DNA of 64,000 bases, taken from the NCBI GenBank assembly GCA_963845245.1, contig CAWJRJ010000018.1:32001-96000 (forward strand), in the 5' to 3' direction. Source of the DNA: Nitrospirota bacterium (GTDB lineage: Bacteria > Nitrospirota > JACRHJ01). Every line of letters begins with the position of its first letter. Position 1 is the stretch's first letter. The notes under the pieces are model-generated. The model had not been told where the DNA came from. It searched no databases and saw only the letters and a list, made by a program, of their open reading frames with translations. The position numbers were made by a program, and so were the translations under genes. Positions 46,938-57,700 of the stretch are shown here, in pieces.

Positions 46938-47921
46938 ATGGCAGTGCAACTGAAACTTAAGGAACTATCAAAGAAGGAGGACCTGCTTACCGGCGGGCAC
47001 AGGATGTGCGCCGGGTGCGGAGCCCCGATAGTGGTCCGGCAGATGCTCCTGGCAATAGACGAACCGGTGGTCATAGCCAATGCCACCGGCTGCCTGGAAG
47101 TCGCCACCACTATATACCCGTACTCCGCGTGGAAGACGCCCTGGATACACAGCGCGTTCGAGAACGCCGCGGCAACCATCTCCGGTGTCGAGGCGATGTA
47201 CCAGTCGCTCAAGAAGCAGGGCAAGATCCCGGCCGACAAGAAGATAAAGTTCATCGCCTTCGGCGGCGACGGCGGCACATACGACATAGGCCTCCAGTCT
47301 CTTTCCGGCGCTTTGGAGAGGGGCCACGACTTCATGTACGTCTGCTACGACAACGGCGCTTACATGAACACCGGCATCCAGCGTTCCAGCTCCACCCCGT
47401 TCGGCGCCGACACCACCACGTCGCCTGCGGGCAAGGTGCTTCAGGGCAAGGCGCAGAACAGGAAAGACCTGACCAAGATCGCCATAGCGCACAACGTGCC
47501 GTACGTCGCACAGGCCTCGCCACATCTATGGAAAGACCTCATGGCCAAGACCCAGAAGGCGATGTCCATCGAGGGCGCGAAGTTCATGAACGTCATAGCC
47601 CCGTGCAACCGCGGCTGGCGCACGCAGACCAACGACGCGATATCGCTTAGCAAGCTCGCGGTGAACACCTGCTTCTGGCCGCTCTATGAGGTCGAGTACG
47701 GCGTGACCACTGTAAACTACGTGCCCAGGAAGAACCGCAGGCCGATAGTCGAGTGGCTCAAGCCGCAGGGCCGTTTCAAGCACCTGTTCAAGCCCGCCAA
47801 CGAGGAAATGCTGGTCAAGTTCCAGGAGTATGTGGACGCGAGCTGGAGATCGATAGTGAAGATGCACAACGAGTCCCATCCCGACGACCAGATCGACCCC
47901 GATGAGGGCAAGACCTGGTAA
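46938..47921 (+). CDS. porB: Pyruvate/2-oxoacid:ferredoxin oxidoreductase beta subunit (TPP-binding)
   Basis: GHRMCAGCG, GGDGGTYDIG, YMNTGIQRS, QGRFKHL. Confidence 0.94.
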   Translation: MAVQLKLKELSKKEDLLTGGHRMCAGCGAPIVVRQMLLAIDEPVVIANATGCLEVATTIYPYSAWKTPWIHSAFENAAATISGVEAMYQSLKKQGKIPADKKIKFIAFGGDGGTYDIGLQSLSGALERGHDFMYVCYDNGAYMNTGIQRSSSTPFGADTTTSPAGKVLQGKAQNRKDLTKIAIAHNVPYVAQASPHLWKDLMAKTQKAMSIEGAKFMNVIAPCNRGWRTQTNDAISLSKLAVNTCFWPLYEVEYGVTTVNYVPRKNRRPIVEWLKPQGRFKHLFKPANEEMLVKFQEYVDASWRSIVKMHNESHPDDQIDPDEGKTW

Positions 47922-47942
47922 AATAATTTTTAAATGTCATCC

Positions 47943-47975
47943 AAAGCCCGGGGAGTTTCTCTCCGGGCTTTTTTG
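47943..47975 (+). terminator. Intrinsic terminator after the por operon
   Basis: AAAGCCCGGGGAG-TTT-CTCTCCGGGCTTTTTT. Confidence 0.85.
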
Positions 47976-47996
47976 TTTTCTAATACTTAGGGGTAA

Positions 47997-48025
47997 TTGA
48001 CATTGTAGGTAAGTAGTCTTATTAT
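47997..48025 (+). promoter_or_regulatory. sigma-70 promoter for two small genes
   Basis: TTGACA-17-TATTAT. Confidence 0.65.
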
Positions 48026-48069
48026 GATTTTATATATTAAATATTTTTAATGACAAAAGGGAGGCGCCT

Positions 48070-48366
48070 GTGGACATAGTTTTATTGCTGATGAGCCTGA
48101 CCGCCCTTGCGATGATGTGTTATGCATGGTACAGGGTTACAAAACTTAGGAGGAAACTTCCTGGTGGAATTATGAAGTCCACCAGCAATATCCTGGGCGA
48201 ACTCATAGGGCTTTTCACGATTGGTTTCCTAGCCCTGCCTTTTTTCCCGATGTTGCCCCAGTCTTCAAAGGATATTCTAGTCGGGGTTATTTTCCTTTTC
48301 GCGGCGTTATTCGCGGTCATTGTCATCAACCTTTTTTATATGATTGCGGCAGACTTGGGGTTTTAA
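48070..48366 (+). CDS. Small 3-TM hypothetical membrane protein
   Basis: SD GGAGG, GTG start, hydrophobic segments. Confidence 0.7.
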   Translation: MDIVLLLMSLTALAMMCYAWYRVTKLRRKLPGGIMKSTSNILGELIGLFTIGFLALPFFPMLPQSSKDILVGVIFLFAALFAVIVINLFYMIAADLGF

Positions 48367-48375
48367 GGGGGTATA

Positions 48376-48624
48376 ATGATTGCGACCGCCGAGAAGCTGA
48401 AGAACGCTGTGCGCGATACGCTCGGAGCAATGCCTAGCGATATATTTCTTTCAAGGATAAACAGGACTATTGATTCCGGTCTGGCGGACAAAGAGTCACT
48501 TTCGTTAGCCGCATGCAAGGTCGAGAAGATGGTGCGCCTCTTCCTAGGAATTAAAGAGGCGGACAAGGTAAAGTGCCTCTGCGAAGAAATCCTCCAGAAT
48601 TCCGAAGGACCGCCACACACTTAG
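48376..48624 (+). CDS. Small hypothetical protein
   Basis: 82-aa ORF with SD, probably co-transcribed with the previous gene. Confidence 0.6.
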   Translation: MIATAEKLKNAVRDTLGAMPSDIFLSRINRTIDSGLADKESLSLAACKVEKMVRLFLGIKEADKVKCLCEEILQNSEGPPHT

Positions 48625-48958
48625 GCAGCAGGCAAGGCGGCGGGCGGCATAAATCTGGGCATAAGCGGCTGCTGGCTGCGCAAACCCCTCCAAACGTGAA
48701 AAAATTCAGTTCCCACCTTCGCCAAAAAGTATTCCATTTTCATGCATAGCGTAATAATTGTTGTTCGGTGTAATACCTATGGGTAATGAAGATTGCGCGA
48801 TATTGAGCAATAAACTGTTTAAGGTGCTTGTAAATACGCTATTTGGAAGCATTTAGAATAAGTCTGTGTTGCAACTTGAAACAAATAAATATATAAAGCA
48901 CTAATAAAATCAGCTAAATCTATAGTTTTTCATAAAGCCTAATAATTATTATTAAAAG

Positions 48959-48974
48959 AGGTATGAAAATTGCA
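48959..48974 (+). promoter_or_regulatory. Putative sigma-54 promoter of the giant cytochrome operon
   Basis: AGGTATG-AAAA-TTGCA (GG-N10-GC) in an AT-rich region; palindrome TGTTGCAACTTGAAACA at 48867-48883. Confidence 0.6.
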
Positions 48975-49017
48975 CTAGTCAACAATTAACAAAAATAGAA
49001 AGAACTGTAAGGATATT

Positions 49018-52000
49018 ATGAAGAATCGTTTCTTATTATTAGCCTTGGTGTTGTATAGTTTAACCGCTGCAGATGCCTTTGCGGTGACGTTGTCGGCGCC
49101 CCCGCATACTGATTACCGTCCTGGGTACTATCGTTCTGACGGTTCTAATGGTTGTGGTGATACGATTGCCTGTCACTCTGTTCCCGGCGGTTTTTTCCTC
49201 CCGAGCGTTCTTGACACCACTGCTGCTCCTTTAGAGAAGGATTACACCAATTTTTGTCTTGCTTGTCATAATGCAGCGGGTGAGGCTCACGGCAAGTCAG
49301 TCGGTTCTCCTTCCACCAACCAGTACAGCATCCTTACGGGTTTTTATCCAGGTCAGTATTCCGGTGATTCTCACAGCTGGAATGGTGTAAACGGCAATGC
49401 GGGCACGCGTACCCCGACGTTGAGCGGTTTCAAGAAGGACGGTATTGGTACTGGTACGGACTACATGCCTGGTGGGAAGGTGCGTTGTCAGACCTGCCAC
49501 GAGGGCATGGGCAAGCGAGACGGCATCCAGAACTATGATTGGGCTTCGACTACCAAGCAGGATTCCACCCATTATTCATTGAGCGGTTATGGGTCCACGG
49601 CCCAGTATTTAGCGCAATACATCAAGGTATACCGTAGTACAGGTTCTTTAGCCAGGCCTTTGAACACGCGCACCAAGGAGCAGTATCTGGTTGACCCGTC
49701 CGAGTATACTTACGATTACAAGTCTGCTACTGTCACGTTTAAGGTTTCTCAGGGTACCGACCCGGCCTCTCCCTATGTATATGTAGACATCCGCCAGCCT
49801 TACTTCAGGAACGACAATGCCGGGAATGCGATATGTCTTGACTGTCATAGTGACCGCAGGGGAACGGTTGCCAACCATCCTGGGGGTGTGCCGGTAAAGT
49901 CAAACCACCCTGTAGCGGTTACATATGGTTATGCTTTTGGTACCAGGACTACTCTCAGGAACCAGACCTCTGTCGGGCTCTACCTTGAGAACGGGCAGGT
50001 TCTTTGCACAACCTGTCATAAGCCGCACAATTCTTCTGGCAAGACTGGTGCGTTGTTGAGGGAGGGCGATTCCTCCACACTTTGCACCGACTGTCACGAC
50101 AAGTCAAAGGTCGGGTTGCACAAAGGCGGCAAGCACCAGAAGTATTCCAACACGAGCAGTATCCCGACGGGTTGTACGGACTGTCATTCGCCGCACCTGA
50201 CGGACAACCTCTACCTTGTCCGCTCCCGGGTGAGGACCCCTTCCGGGTCGTATAAGGGTGTGAGTTTTAAGAGGCACACCGGGGTTGACAGTTTTGGTAC
50301 TGATACCGGGTCGTCCATATGCGAGGCGTGCCATACCGGTACTAATTACCACAAGTCTGACGGTACGGGTTCTGGCCACAACACCGGCAAGGACTGTACG
50401 AATTGCCACAAGCATCAGAATGGCTTCGCCCCGCAGGGCGGCTCCGCCCCGTGCTATGGTTGCCACAACGGCCAGGCCGGCTCATCTGCGCCTGACATAA
50501 AGAGCCTTATGGGTCTAGCCGGTGGCGCGTCTGGCAAGACTTCGCACCATACGATAGCCTATGACAACAGCACGAGCAGCAGTTGTCTTGTAATGTGCCA
50601 CACGAGCAAGCATGCATCCGGCAGCCCCAACCTGAGCAATGCTGCCGGAGAATATGCGCTTTGCATGAGTTGCCACAACGACAGGTCTGATATTTTGACC
50701 AGCCAGGGCAAGAGCATCAAAGTTGGCACGAACTTTGCGACTTCGCTCCACAATTATACTGCTACGGTGTCGGATGAGTTCGGTATGTTCCAGTACACCG
50801 GCAACTGCACCAAGTGCCATATCCCGCACGGTTCCGACAGCTACCCGAACGTACGGCCCAGCATTAATGGTAAGGCCACCAACGGCAACAGCCAGGACCT
50901 TTGTTTCGGCTGTCATTCAGGGAATGTGCCGAAGGCGGCCGACATCAAGACACTCTGGGGCGCCAACCCGACGAACAAGGGCCATTACGATTATGCAGCC
51001 GGGAAGCAGATGAACTGCGTGAAGTGCCATGGGCCGCACGGTACTGGCAACTCGAAGATGATAAGCGACAGCCTTGGCGGCCCCGGCCTCAGCGGTTATT
51101 CTATATGTCTTTCCTGCCACAGCGGGGCGGGCAGCAACCATGACAGCGTCTATAACGTTATGGGTAGCTCGCCCGGCTCCTACGGCCCCGGCTTCTCGGC
51201 CGGTTCCGTCCATACGTTCGGCCTGGGCGTAGCCATCGGTGGTCACACGGTGGACCTTACCTGCACCGGCTGCCACGACCCGCACAACACGGCGAACGCG
51301 AGGCTTTTGCGTGACAAGGTGGTATTTTCGGGGATAAGCTCGGTTTCGGTGTCCCCCGTATCCGCGGTCGTGCAGCCGCAGGGCGGCATAGTATCATACA
51401 CCGCCGGCTGGGTCGGTTACTGTGCCGCATGCCACACCTCCATAACGGATACCGGCGGCCAGTCGCCTTACAGGCGCCATCCATTAGGGATTACCCCAAC
51501 CGGCCCGAACGTGTTGTATCCGTATACCACCGGGATGGGAGTCAAGGTGCTCCCGCTGGAGTCTGGGAACATTGCCTGCATTTCTTGTCATTACACCCAC
51601 GGTTCGCCCAAGCCGTCGCTGCTCAGGATACAGGATGCGTCCACTCCTGAGAACAGGCTTTGCCTCCAGTGCCACCGGCAGGACAAGTTCATGCAGGGCG
51701 GCGCGGGTTCGCACGGCGGTTTCGTCGAGAACCAGGGCCGGTGTTCCGACTGTCACAACATGCATGACAAGGCCAACAAGAAGCTGTTGCAGGAGTCCAC
51801 TGAAAGCGTTCTTTGCGAGAAATGCCATTCGAGCAGCGGCATATCCCGTTTCAACGTCTGGAAGGGATACAGCAGCGGTCTGACGTCATCCGTGATGAAG
51901 GGTACCGCTGGCAGTTTCGGGCTTTACTCGGGCATTCGCGGCGGGAACGCGCACAGCATGCACATGATAAACGACGAGGCAACCCCGGCCCCGGGCGGCG

Positions 52001-54666
52001 TGACGACGCAGCATTATTGCGGCACATGCCACAACCCGCACGGCAGCAAGAACTACCGGGTGCTCCGCGACACCGTGAACAACGTCACCGGCATAGTGGT
52101 ATACGCGAGGACTGACGCGAACGACAACTTCGTGAATTACTCGACAGGTTTCGTGAAGTTCTGCACTGCCTGCCATACGAACTACAAGGTCACCGACGAC
52201 GGCAACGGCAACTGGATACGCCACCCTGTTGGTGTAAGCCTTAACAATTACTCTGCGCAGAACTATTTCTACGAGAACAACACGTCATACAAGCCGAAGG
52301 TCGAGCTTGAGACTGGTAAGACGATAGCCTGCGTGTCGTGTCATTATGCGCATGGTTCGAGCGAGGACGCGAACCTGAAGTTCCCCGGCGGGCGCTCGGT
52401 GAACCTCTGCAAGACCTGCCACAACAGGGATGCCTTCAGTGCCGGCACCCCGGGTTCGCATGCAGGCTTTACCGGTGACAACGGCACCTGTTCCGACTGC
52501 CACAGCATGCATGCCAAGGGTAACCGCAAGCTCTTGAAGGACGGGGCCGAGACGGAGATCTGCGTCAACTGCCACGACCACCCCGGTACGAGCACCAACC
52601 CCAACCCCAGCCACTTCGATGTCTGGAAGGGCAACGTATTCGATTCGCCGACGTCGTGGTTCGGCACTGCCGGCTCGTTCGGCTCATACGACCCGGTTAA
52701 CGGCGGCAATGCGTACTCGATGCACCCTGTGAACAGCGACGCGAGGATCGCTCCCGGCGACGGGGCCACGGTCGTGCACTGCGGGACCTGCCACGACACG
52801 CATGGCAGCACCAACTACAGGCTTTTAAAGACGACCTTGAACGGCAAGGCGGGTATAGCCGTTTCGGCCAACGTGGATTCGAGTGGACGTACCATATCCT
52901 ACAACAGCGGGATGTCGTCCTTCTGCACCGCGTGCCACAAGTCGTACCTCCAGTACGGGAGCGCCGCGGGCTACACGAGGCACCCTGTAGACGTATCCCT
53001 GACCGCGCAGGAGTTGGCGAACTACAACCACTTCAACGGGCCGAAGTACCTGCCTCTGGAAGGCGGGAACAAGGTCACATGTACGACCTGCCATTTTGCG
53101 CACGGCTCGCCGAACGAGAAGATGAAGCGTCTGCCCGGCAACCAGATGTGCCAGATATGTCACTCCAAGGGTCTTGACCCGGCAAACAGCTACCTGCAGG
53201 TCATGAACACGCACGGCGGGTTCACCGGCAACAACGGCAATTGTTCGGTCTGCCACAGCATGCATAGCAAGAACAACAGGAAGCTCCTGAACTATGCGGT
53301 GGAGTCTGAGCTGTGCTACAGCTGCCACGGTCCCAATGGCGACAGCAGGAGCAGCTTCCCGCAGGCGCCCCTTGCCTGGAACGGCGATGCGCCGGCAAGC
53401 CCCGGCGCCTGGGACGGTACTGCCGGTTCGTTCGGCGCGTTCTACAACGCGTCGTCCGGCGGCAGCATAATGAGCCACCACAGCATAAACAAGACCGATT
53501 CCCCGGCCCCGGGCGGCACGACGACCGACCACCGCTGCGGGACCTGCCATAACCCGCACGGCAACAACAACTACAGGCTGTTGCGTGACGACGTAAACGG
53601 CAGCAGCGGCATAGTTGTCAGGACGGGCGCGATGGGCAACTACTCGACCGGCATAAGCGACTTCTGCACCGCCTGCCACACCACATATGGCGACGCGGGC
53701 TCAGGCATAGAGGGCTATACCCGTCACCCGGTGAAGCTGTCTCTTAGCTCACAGGAGATGGCCAACCTAAGCGGCACTGCGTCGCTGCCGAAGGCCCAGA
53801 CGGAGTCTAAAAAGGTGATGTGCCTGTCCTGCCACTTCGCGCATGGCTCGCCCAGCTACAAGATGCTCCGCATGCAGAGCTATACGTCGAGCGAGAGCGC
53901 GATATGCCAGCAGTGCCACATGAAGGGCTACAACGGCGCTGGACAGCAGGTCAGGAACCCGCACGGCGGTTTCGTGGGCAACAACGCCAACTGCTCTGTA
54001 TGCCACAGCGTCCACGAGAAGAACAACAAGAAGCTGCTCCTTGAGGCCAAGGAGTCTAACTTGTGCGAGAACTGCCACTCGGGTATCGCAAAGTTCACTG
54101 CCTTCAAACAGGATGACCCGCAGGTGAAGATAACTGCTCCGAGCCGGTTCAACGTCTTCTCGTCCATAGGTAACTCGTTCGGCAACTACTCGGTCGGCGG
54201 CGGTGGCGTGGTCTCGCACCACGAGGTGGACGGCTACCATACCGCCCCTGGCGGCAAGACCCTTGAGCTTCGTTGCGGCAAATGCCACAACCCGCACGGC
54301 GAGGACAACTTCGTGATGCTTAGAAGCACGGTCGAGAACGTCACCAGCATAAGGGTGTTCGGCCACTTAAGCTCCACCGGCCCGTTCAACACGTACTCTT
54401 CCGGGTTCGGCAAGTTCTGCTCGGCCTGCCATACAAGGCTGACAAGCTGCGGTTCCGGCAGCCCGTGGACGAGGCACCCGGTGGACTTCAAGCTAAAAGA
54501 TACGCAGTACAACAACTGGCTCTCGACCCCGATAAGCCCGCGGGTGCCGCTCGAGGCGAACAGCCAGGTGTCTTGCATAACCTGCCACAACAGCCACGGC
54601 TCCAAGAACTACAAGCTGCAGAGGCTGGGCGGCAACGGTATGTGCCAGCAGTGCCACAAGAGGTAA
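49018..54666 (+). CDS. Giant secreted multiheme cytochrome c (42 CxxCH plus CX5CH and CX3CH) with five tandem OmcS-like hexaheme modules
   Basis: Sec signal peptide (AFA); hand-counted heme motifs; ~750-nt periodic modules. Confidence 0.93.
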   Translation: MKNRFLLLALVLYSLTAADAFAVTLSAPPHTDYRPGYYRSDGSNGCGDTIACHSVPGGFFLPSVLDTTAAPLEKDYTNFCLACHNAAGEAHGKSVGSPSTNQYSILTGFYPGQYSGDSHSWNGVNGNAGTRTPTLSGFKKDGIGTGTDYMPGGKVRCQTCHEGMGKRDGIQNYDWASTTKQDSTHYSLSGYGSTAQYLAQYIKVYRSTGSLARPLNTRTKEQYLVDPSEYTYDYKSATVTFKVSQGTDPASPYVYVDIRQPYFRNDNAGNAICLDCHSDRRGTVANHPGGVPVKSNHPVAVTYGYAFGTRTTLRNQTSVGLYLENGQVLCTTCHKPHNSSGKTGALLREGDSSTLCTDCHDKSKVGLHKGGKHQKYSNTSSIPTGCTDCHSPHLTDNLYLVRSRVRTPSGSYKGVSFKRHTGVDSFGTDTGSSICEACHTGTNYHKSDGTGSGHNTGKDCTNCHKHQNGFAPQGGSAPCYGCHNGQAGSSAPDIKSLMGLAGGASGKTSHHTIAYDNSTSSSCLVMCHTSKHASGSPNLSNAAGEYALCMSCHNDRSDILTSQGKSIKVGTNFATSLHNYTATVSDEFGMFQYTGNCTKCHIPHGSDSYPNVRPSINGKATNGNSQDLCFGCHSGNVPKAADIKTLWGANPTNKGHYDYAAGKQMNCVKCHGPHGTGNSKMISDSLGGPGLSGYSICLSCHSGAGSNHDSVYNVMGSSPGSYGPGFSAGSVHTFGLGVAIGGHTVDLTCTGCHDPHNTANARLLRDKVVFSGISSVSVSPVSAVVQPQGGIVSYTAGWVGYCAACHTSITDTGGQSPYRRHPLGITPTGPNVLYPYTTGMGVKVLPLESGNIACISCHYTHGSPKPSLLRIQDASTPENRLCLQCHRQDKFMQGGAGSHGGFVENQGRCSDCHNMHDKANKKLLQESTESVLCEKCHSSSGISRFNVWKGYSSGLTSSVMKGTAGSFGLYSGIRGGNAHSMHMINDEATPAPGGVTTQHYCGTCHNPHGSKNYRVLRDTVNNVTGIVVYARTDANDNFVNYSTGFVKFCTACHTNYKVTDDGNGNWIRHPVGVSLNNYSAQNYFYENNTSYKPKVELETGKTIACVSCHYAHGSSEDANLKFPGGRSVNLCKTCHNRDAFSAGTPGSHAGFTGDNGTCSDCHSMHAKGNRKLLKDGAETEICVNCHDHPGTSTNPNPSHFDVWKGNVFDSPTSWFGTAGSFGSYDPVNGGNAYSMHPVNSDARIAPGDGATVVHCGTCHDTHGSTNYRLLKTTLNGKAGIAVSANVDSSGRTISYNSGMSSFCTACHKSYLQYGSAAGYTRHPVDVSLTAQELANYNHFNGPKYLPLEGGNKVTCTTCHFAHGSPNEKMKRLPGNQMCQICHSKGLDPANSYLQVMNTHGGFTGNNGNCSVCHSMHSKNNRKLLNYAVESELCYSCHGPNGDSRSSFPQAPLAWNGDAPASPGAWDGTAGSFGAFYNASSGGSIMSHHSINKTDSPAPGGTTTDHRCGTCHNPHGNNNYRLLRDDVNGSSGIVVRTGAMGNYSTGISDFCTACHTTYGDAGSGIEGYTRHPVKLSLSSQEMANLSGTASLPKAQTESKKVMCLSCHFAHGSPSYKMLRMQSYTSSESAICQQCHMKGYNGAGQQVRNPHGGFVGNNANCSVCHSVHEKNNKKLLLEAKESNLCENCHSGIAKFTAFKQDDPQVKITAPSRFNVFSSIGNSFGNYSVGGGGVVSHHEVDGYHTAPGGKTLELRCGKCHNPHGEDNFVMLRSTVENVTSIRVFGHLSSTGPFNTYSSGFGKFCSACHTRLTSCGSGSPWTRHPVDFKLKDTQYNNWLSTPISPRVPLEANSQVSCITCHNSHGSKNYKLQRLGGNGMCQQCHKR

Positions 54667-54706
54667 CTTTAATTTAAAGGGTTTTTGAACTAAACCAAGG
54701 GATATT

Positions 54707-57700
54707 ATGTCCAGGAAAACACTGTCAGCATTTTTGCTATCGCTGGTCCTTGTAGTCGGGATGTCCGCCGTGAACTCCCAGGCGGACGTGACCGGCAGGC
54801 CGCACGACTTAAGCCTTACCAACGACAAGGGGCACTGCATAAACTGCCACGACCTGCACCAGACGAAGCTTGGGCAGGGCTTTGACCATAACTTGAAGAG
54901 GGCTAACGAGATAGCGGTCTGTTACCAGTGCCACGCCGGGGCCCTCAACAGCTATTCCAGCATAGACCCCTCATACCCGAACTATACGGACCTGTACAGC
55001 CAGTACGACATACGCTCCGAGTTCAACCAGAGCCATATACATTTCCCGACGTACGGGATGGACGGGGAGCACAACAAATGCTCCTACTGCCACAACCCGC
55101 ACGGGGTGTTCAACTCCGCGTCCACCACCAGGAAGCCGAAGCTGCTCTCCGCGGGCCCGGACGTGGTAACGGATACGGACGATTATTGCCTTGTCTGCCA
55201 CAACAACGACCCTAATCCGCCGCACCAGAAGTTCTCCAATATATCGGTCGGCAGCCAGTACCGTTTCTCGCGTACGTGGTACAAGCAGATGAGGCATTCG
55301 ACGTTCGTGCGCGCCACCACCCTTACCGAGCCGGTACCTGATACGGCTCACACTTACGACGACAACCCGTACGGCAAAGGGAAGGACATATCCTGCCTGA
55401 CCTGCCACCGGCCGCACGGCTCTCCGAACGACCATATGCTGAAGGCGCCCGACAACCAGGACTTCTGCCTGTCCTGCCACAACGGCACGAAGGCTCCCGA
55501 CCTAAGCTCGTTCAATACGTCCGGACACGGCAAGACAGGCGTGGGCAGGATATGCCAGGAATGCCACTTCCCGCATGGCACGGGACAAAGACATGCCGTC
55601 AAAAAGGTTATACAGGACTCACACACGCTTAAAAACATGACGGCTGACGTCGTCGGAAAGGGTATGAACGAGGCATGCTTCGCCTGCCACAAATCGTCCG
55701 GAACGTCAAACTATTACACCGGTAAGTCGGATTATGCAGCCGGTATCCATAACACAAGCCCGAATGCGCACAACGCCAACGATACCGCTAACGACTACCT
55801 GCCGGGCGAGTGCGTCAACTGTCACGACCCACATGGCAGAGGCTACGACAAGATGGCGTTAGATCCAAACCAGACCCTGTGCTATGACTGCCACAACACC
55901 GCTACCCACAATACGCAGAGCGGTAAGGACATCAGTGCGGCGTTCCAGCAGATGAGTTCGAGCCACGACCTTACAAAGGTCAAATGCATAAATTGCCATA
56001 ACGTACATAAGGCAACGCAGTCAGCAAACCTGATGAACCCATATAGCAGCACAGCGTTTATTTCAGACAAGAAAACCTTCTGTCTGAGATGTCATAGCGG
56101 CCGGATGCCGGCCGGCGTTACCGGTGCTCCCGACATAAGCGTCGAATGGACGGGCAACGGACACGACAAGACACACATTCTTGTTTGCGACGATTGTCAT
56201 GACAGCCACGGCTCGCCTAATAAAAAGACGCTTAATTATTTGCCTAAGAGCTATAACGGCAAGACCGCAAACTTCGTGCGCGGGTTGAGCTTCAACTCCA
56301 GGGCATTGTGCGAGGCGTGCCACAACCGCACCGCACTCGGCTACAAGGATGCAAAGGTTATACCGACGGGAAGCGGCTACGTCACAGCTCACAACCAGGA
56401 TGACACGACACCCTGCTCGAACTGCCACACGCTGAAGCACAACCCGTCAATGGGAAGCTCCTACACCACCGCATGTCTGGACTGCCACAAGCAGGGGCTC
56501 GGCAACCCGTACCCGAACCCGGATACGGACTTCAACACGCCGACTATCCCGAACGACCCGGATACCTATCTGTCCACGCATGCCTTGACCTACAACCCGC
56601 CCACGATGGTTGACTGCACGAAATGTCACGGCGCAAACCACGAGACTGACCACAGTTCGGCGAACAAGATTACGGATCCAGATCCGGCCAACGGGGCCAC
56701 GAACCCTATGCCGGACATACGCACCTCGTCCGTTTTCTGCGTGGAGTGCCACGACTCGACGCCGGTGACCCTGGGGGGCAAGACTCCACCGCAGGTCAAT
56801 TATTATGTAATCAACAGCGACGGCTTCGAGTCCGGCCTTGGCGCCTGGATCATAGCCGGGGCCACGTCAACTATAGATACCACGGTCTCTCATTCCGGCA
56901 CGGCTTCGGCGAAGATGGTCACGACTTACAGCGAATGCTGGGACACCTACTGGAACGAATGGTACGACTGCACATCGCCCGGAAACCTAGAAAAATACAA
57001 TGTCCCGGTCCAGCCTAACACCTCTTATACAATTTCGAGCTATGTTAACATTCCGCCAGGCGGAAGCAACTCTGCGCAAATGTGGTTGACCGAGTACACC
57101 TCGGGCGGAAACTATATCACTACACGCTATTCCTCCTCAGTTGCCTCCGGCAGCGGCTGGCAGTTGCTCAGCATGACATGGACTACGGCCTACAATACGT
57201 CTTCAATTACATTTGATCTGCAGGAGGAGGGCGTCGGGACTGCTTATTGGGACGACTTCCAGATCGTTTCCAACGCGACCCCCGGCGGCCACGACAAGGA
57301 CCACGTGCTGGTCTGCTGGGACTGCCATGAATATCACCGTTCAATGAACACAAAGCTACTCAACTATCAGCCGAAGTCATCCGGAGGATACACCTCCAAT
57401 TTCGGTACAGGCTTGAGTTTTGGGACACGGAGTTTCTGCGAGTCATGCCACAATCGGTCAGGACTGGGTTATAAAAACGCAAAGATGATACCCACAGGTG
57501 CAGGTTATATGGCACAGCACAACCAGTCTGATCCTACTCCGTGTTCCACGTGCCATACTGACAAACACAACCCGTCGATACAGCCCACTTATTACACCAC
57601 TTCATGTCTGGACTGCCACAAGACCGGCTCAGGCAACCCGTATCCGAATGTCGACGCGGAATTTAACACACCGGCTATCCCTAATGACGCCAATACGATG

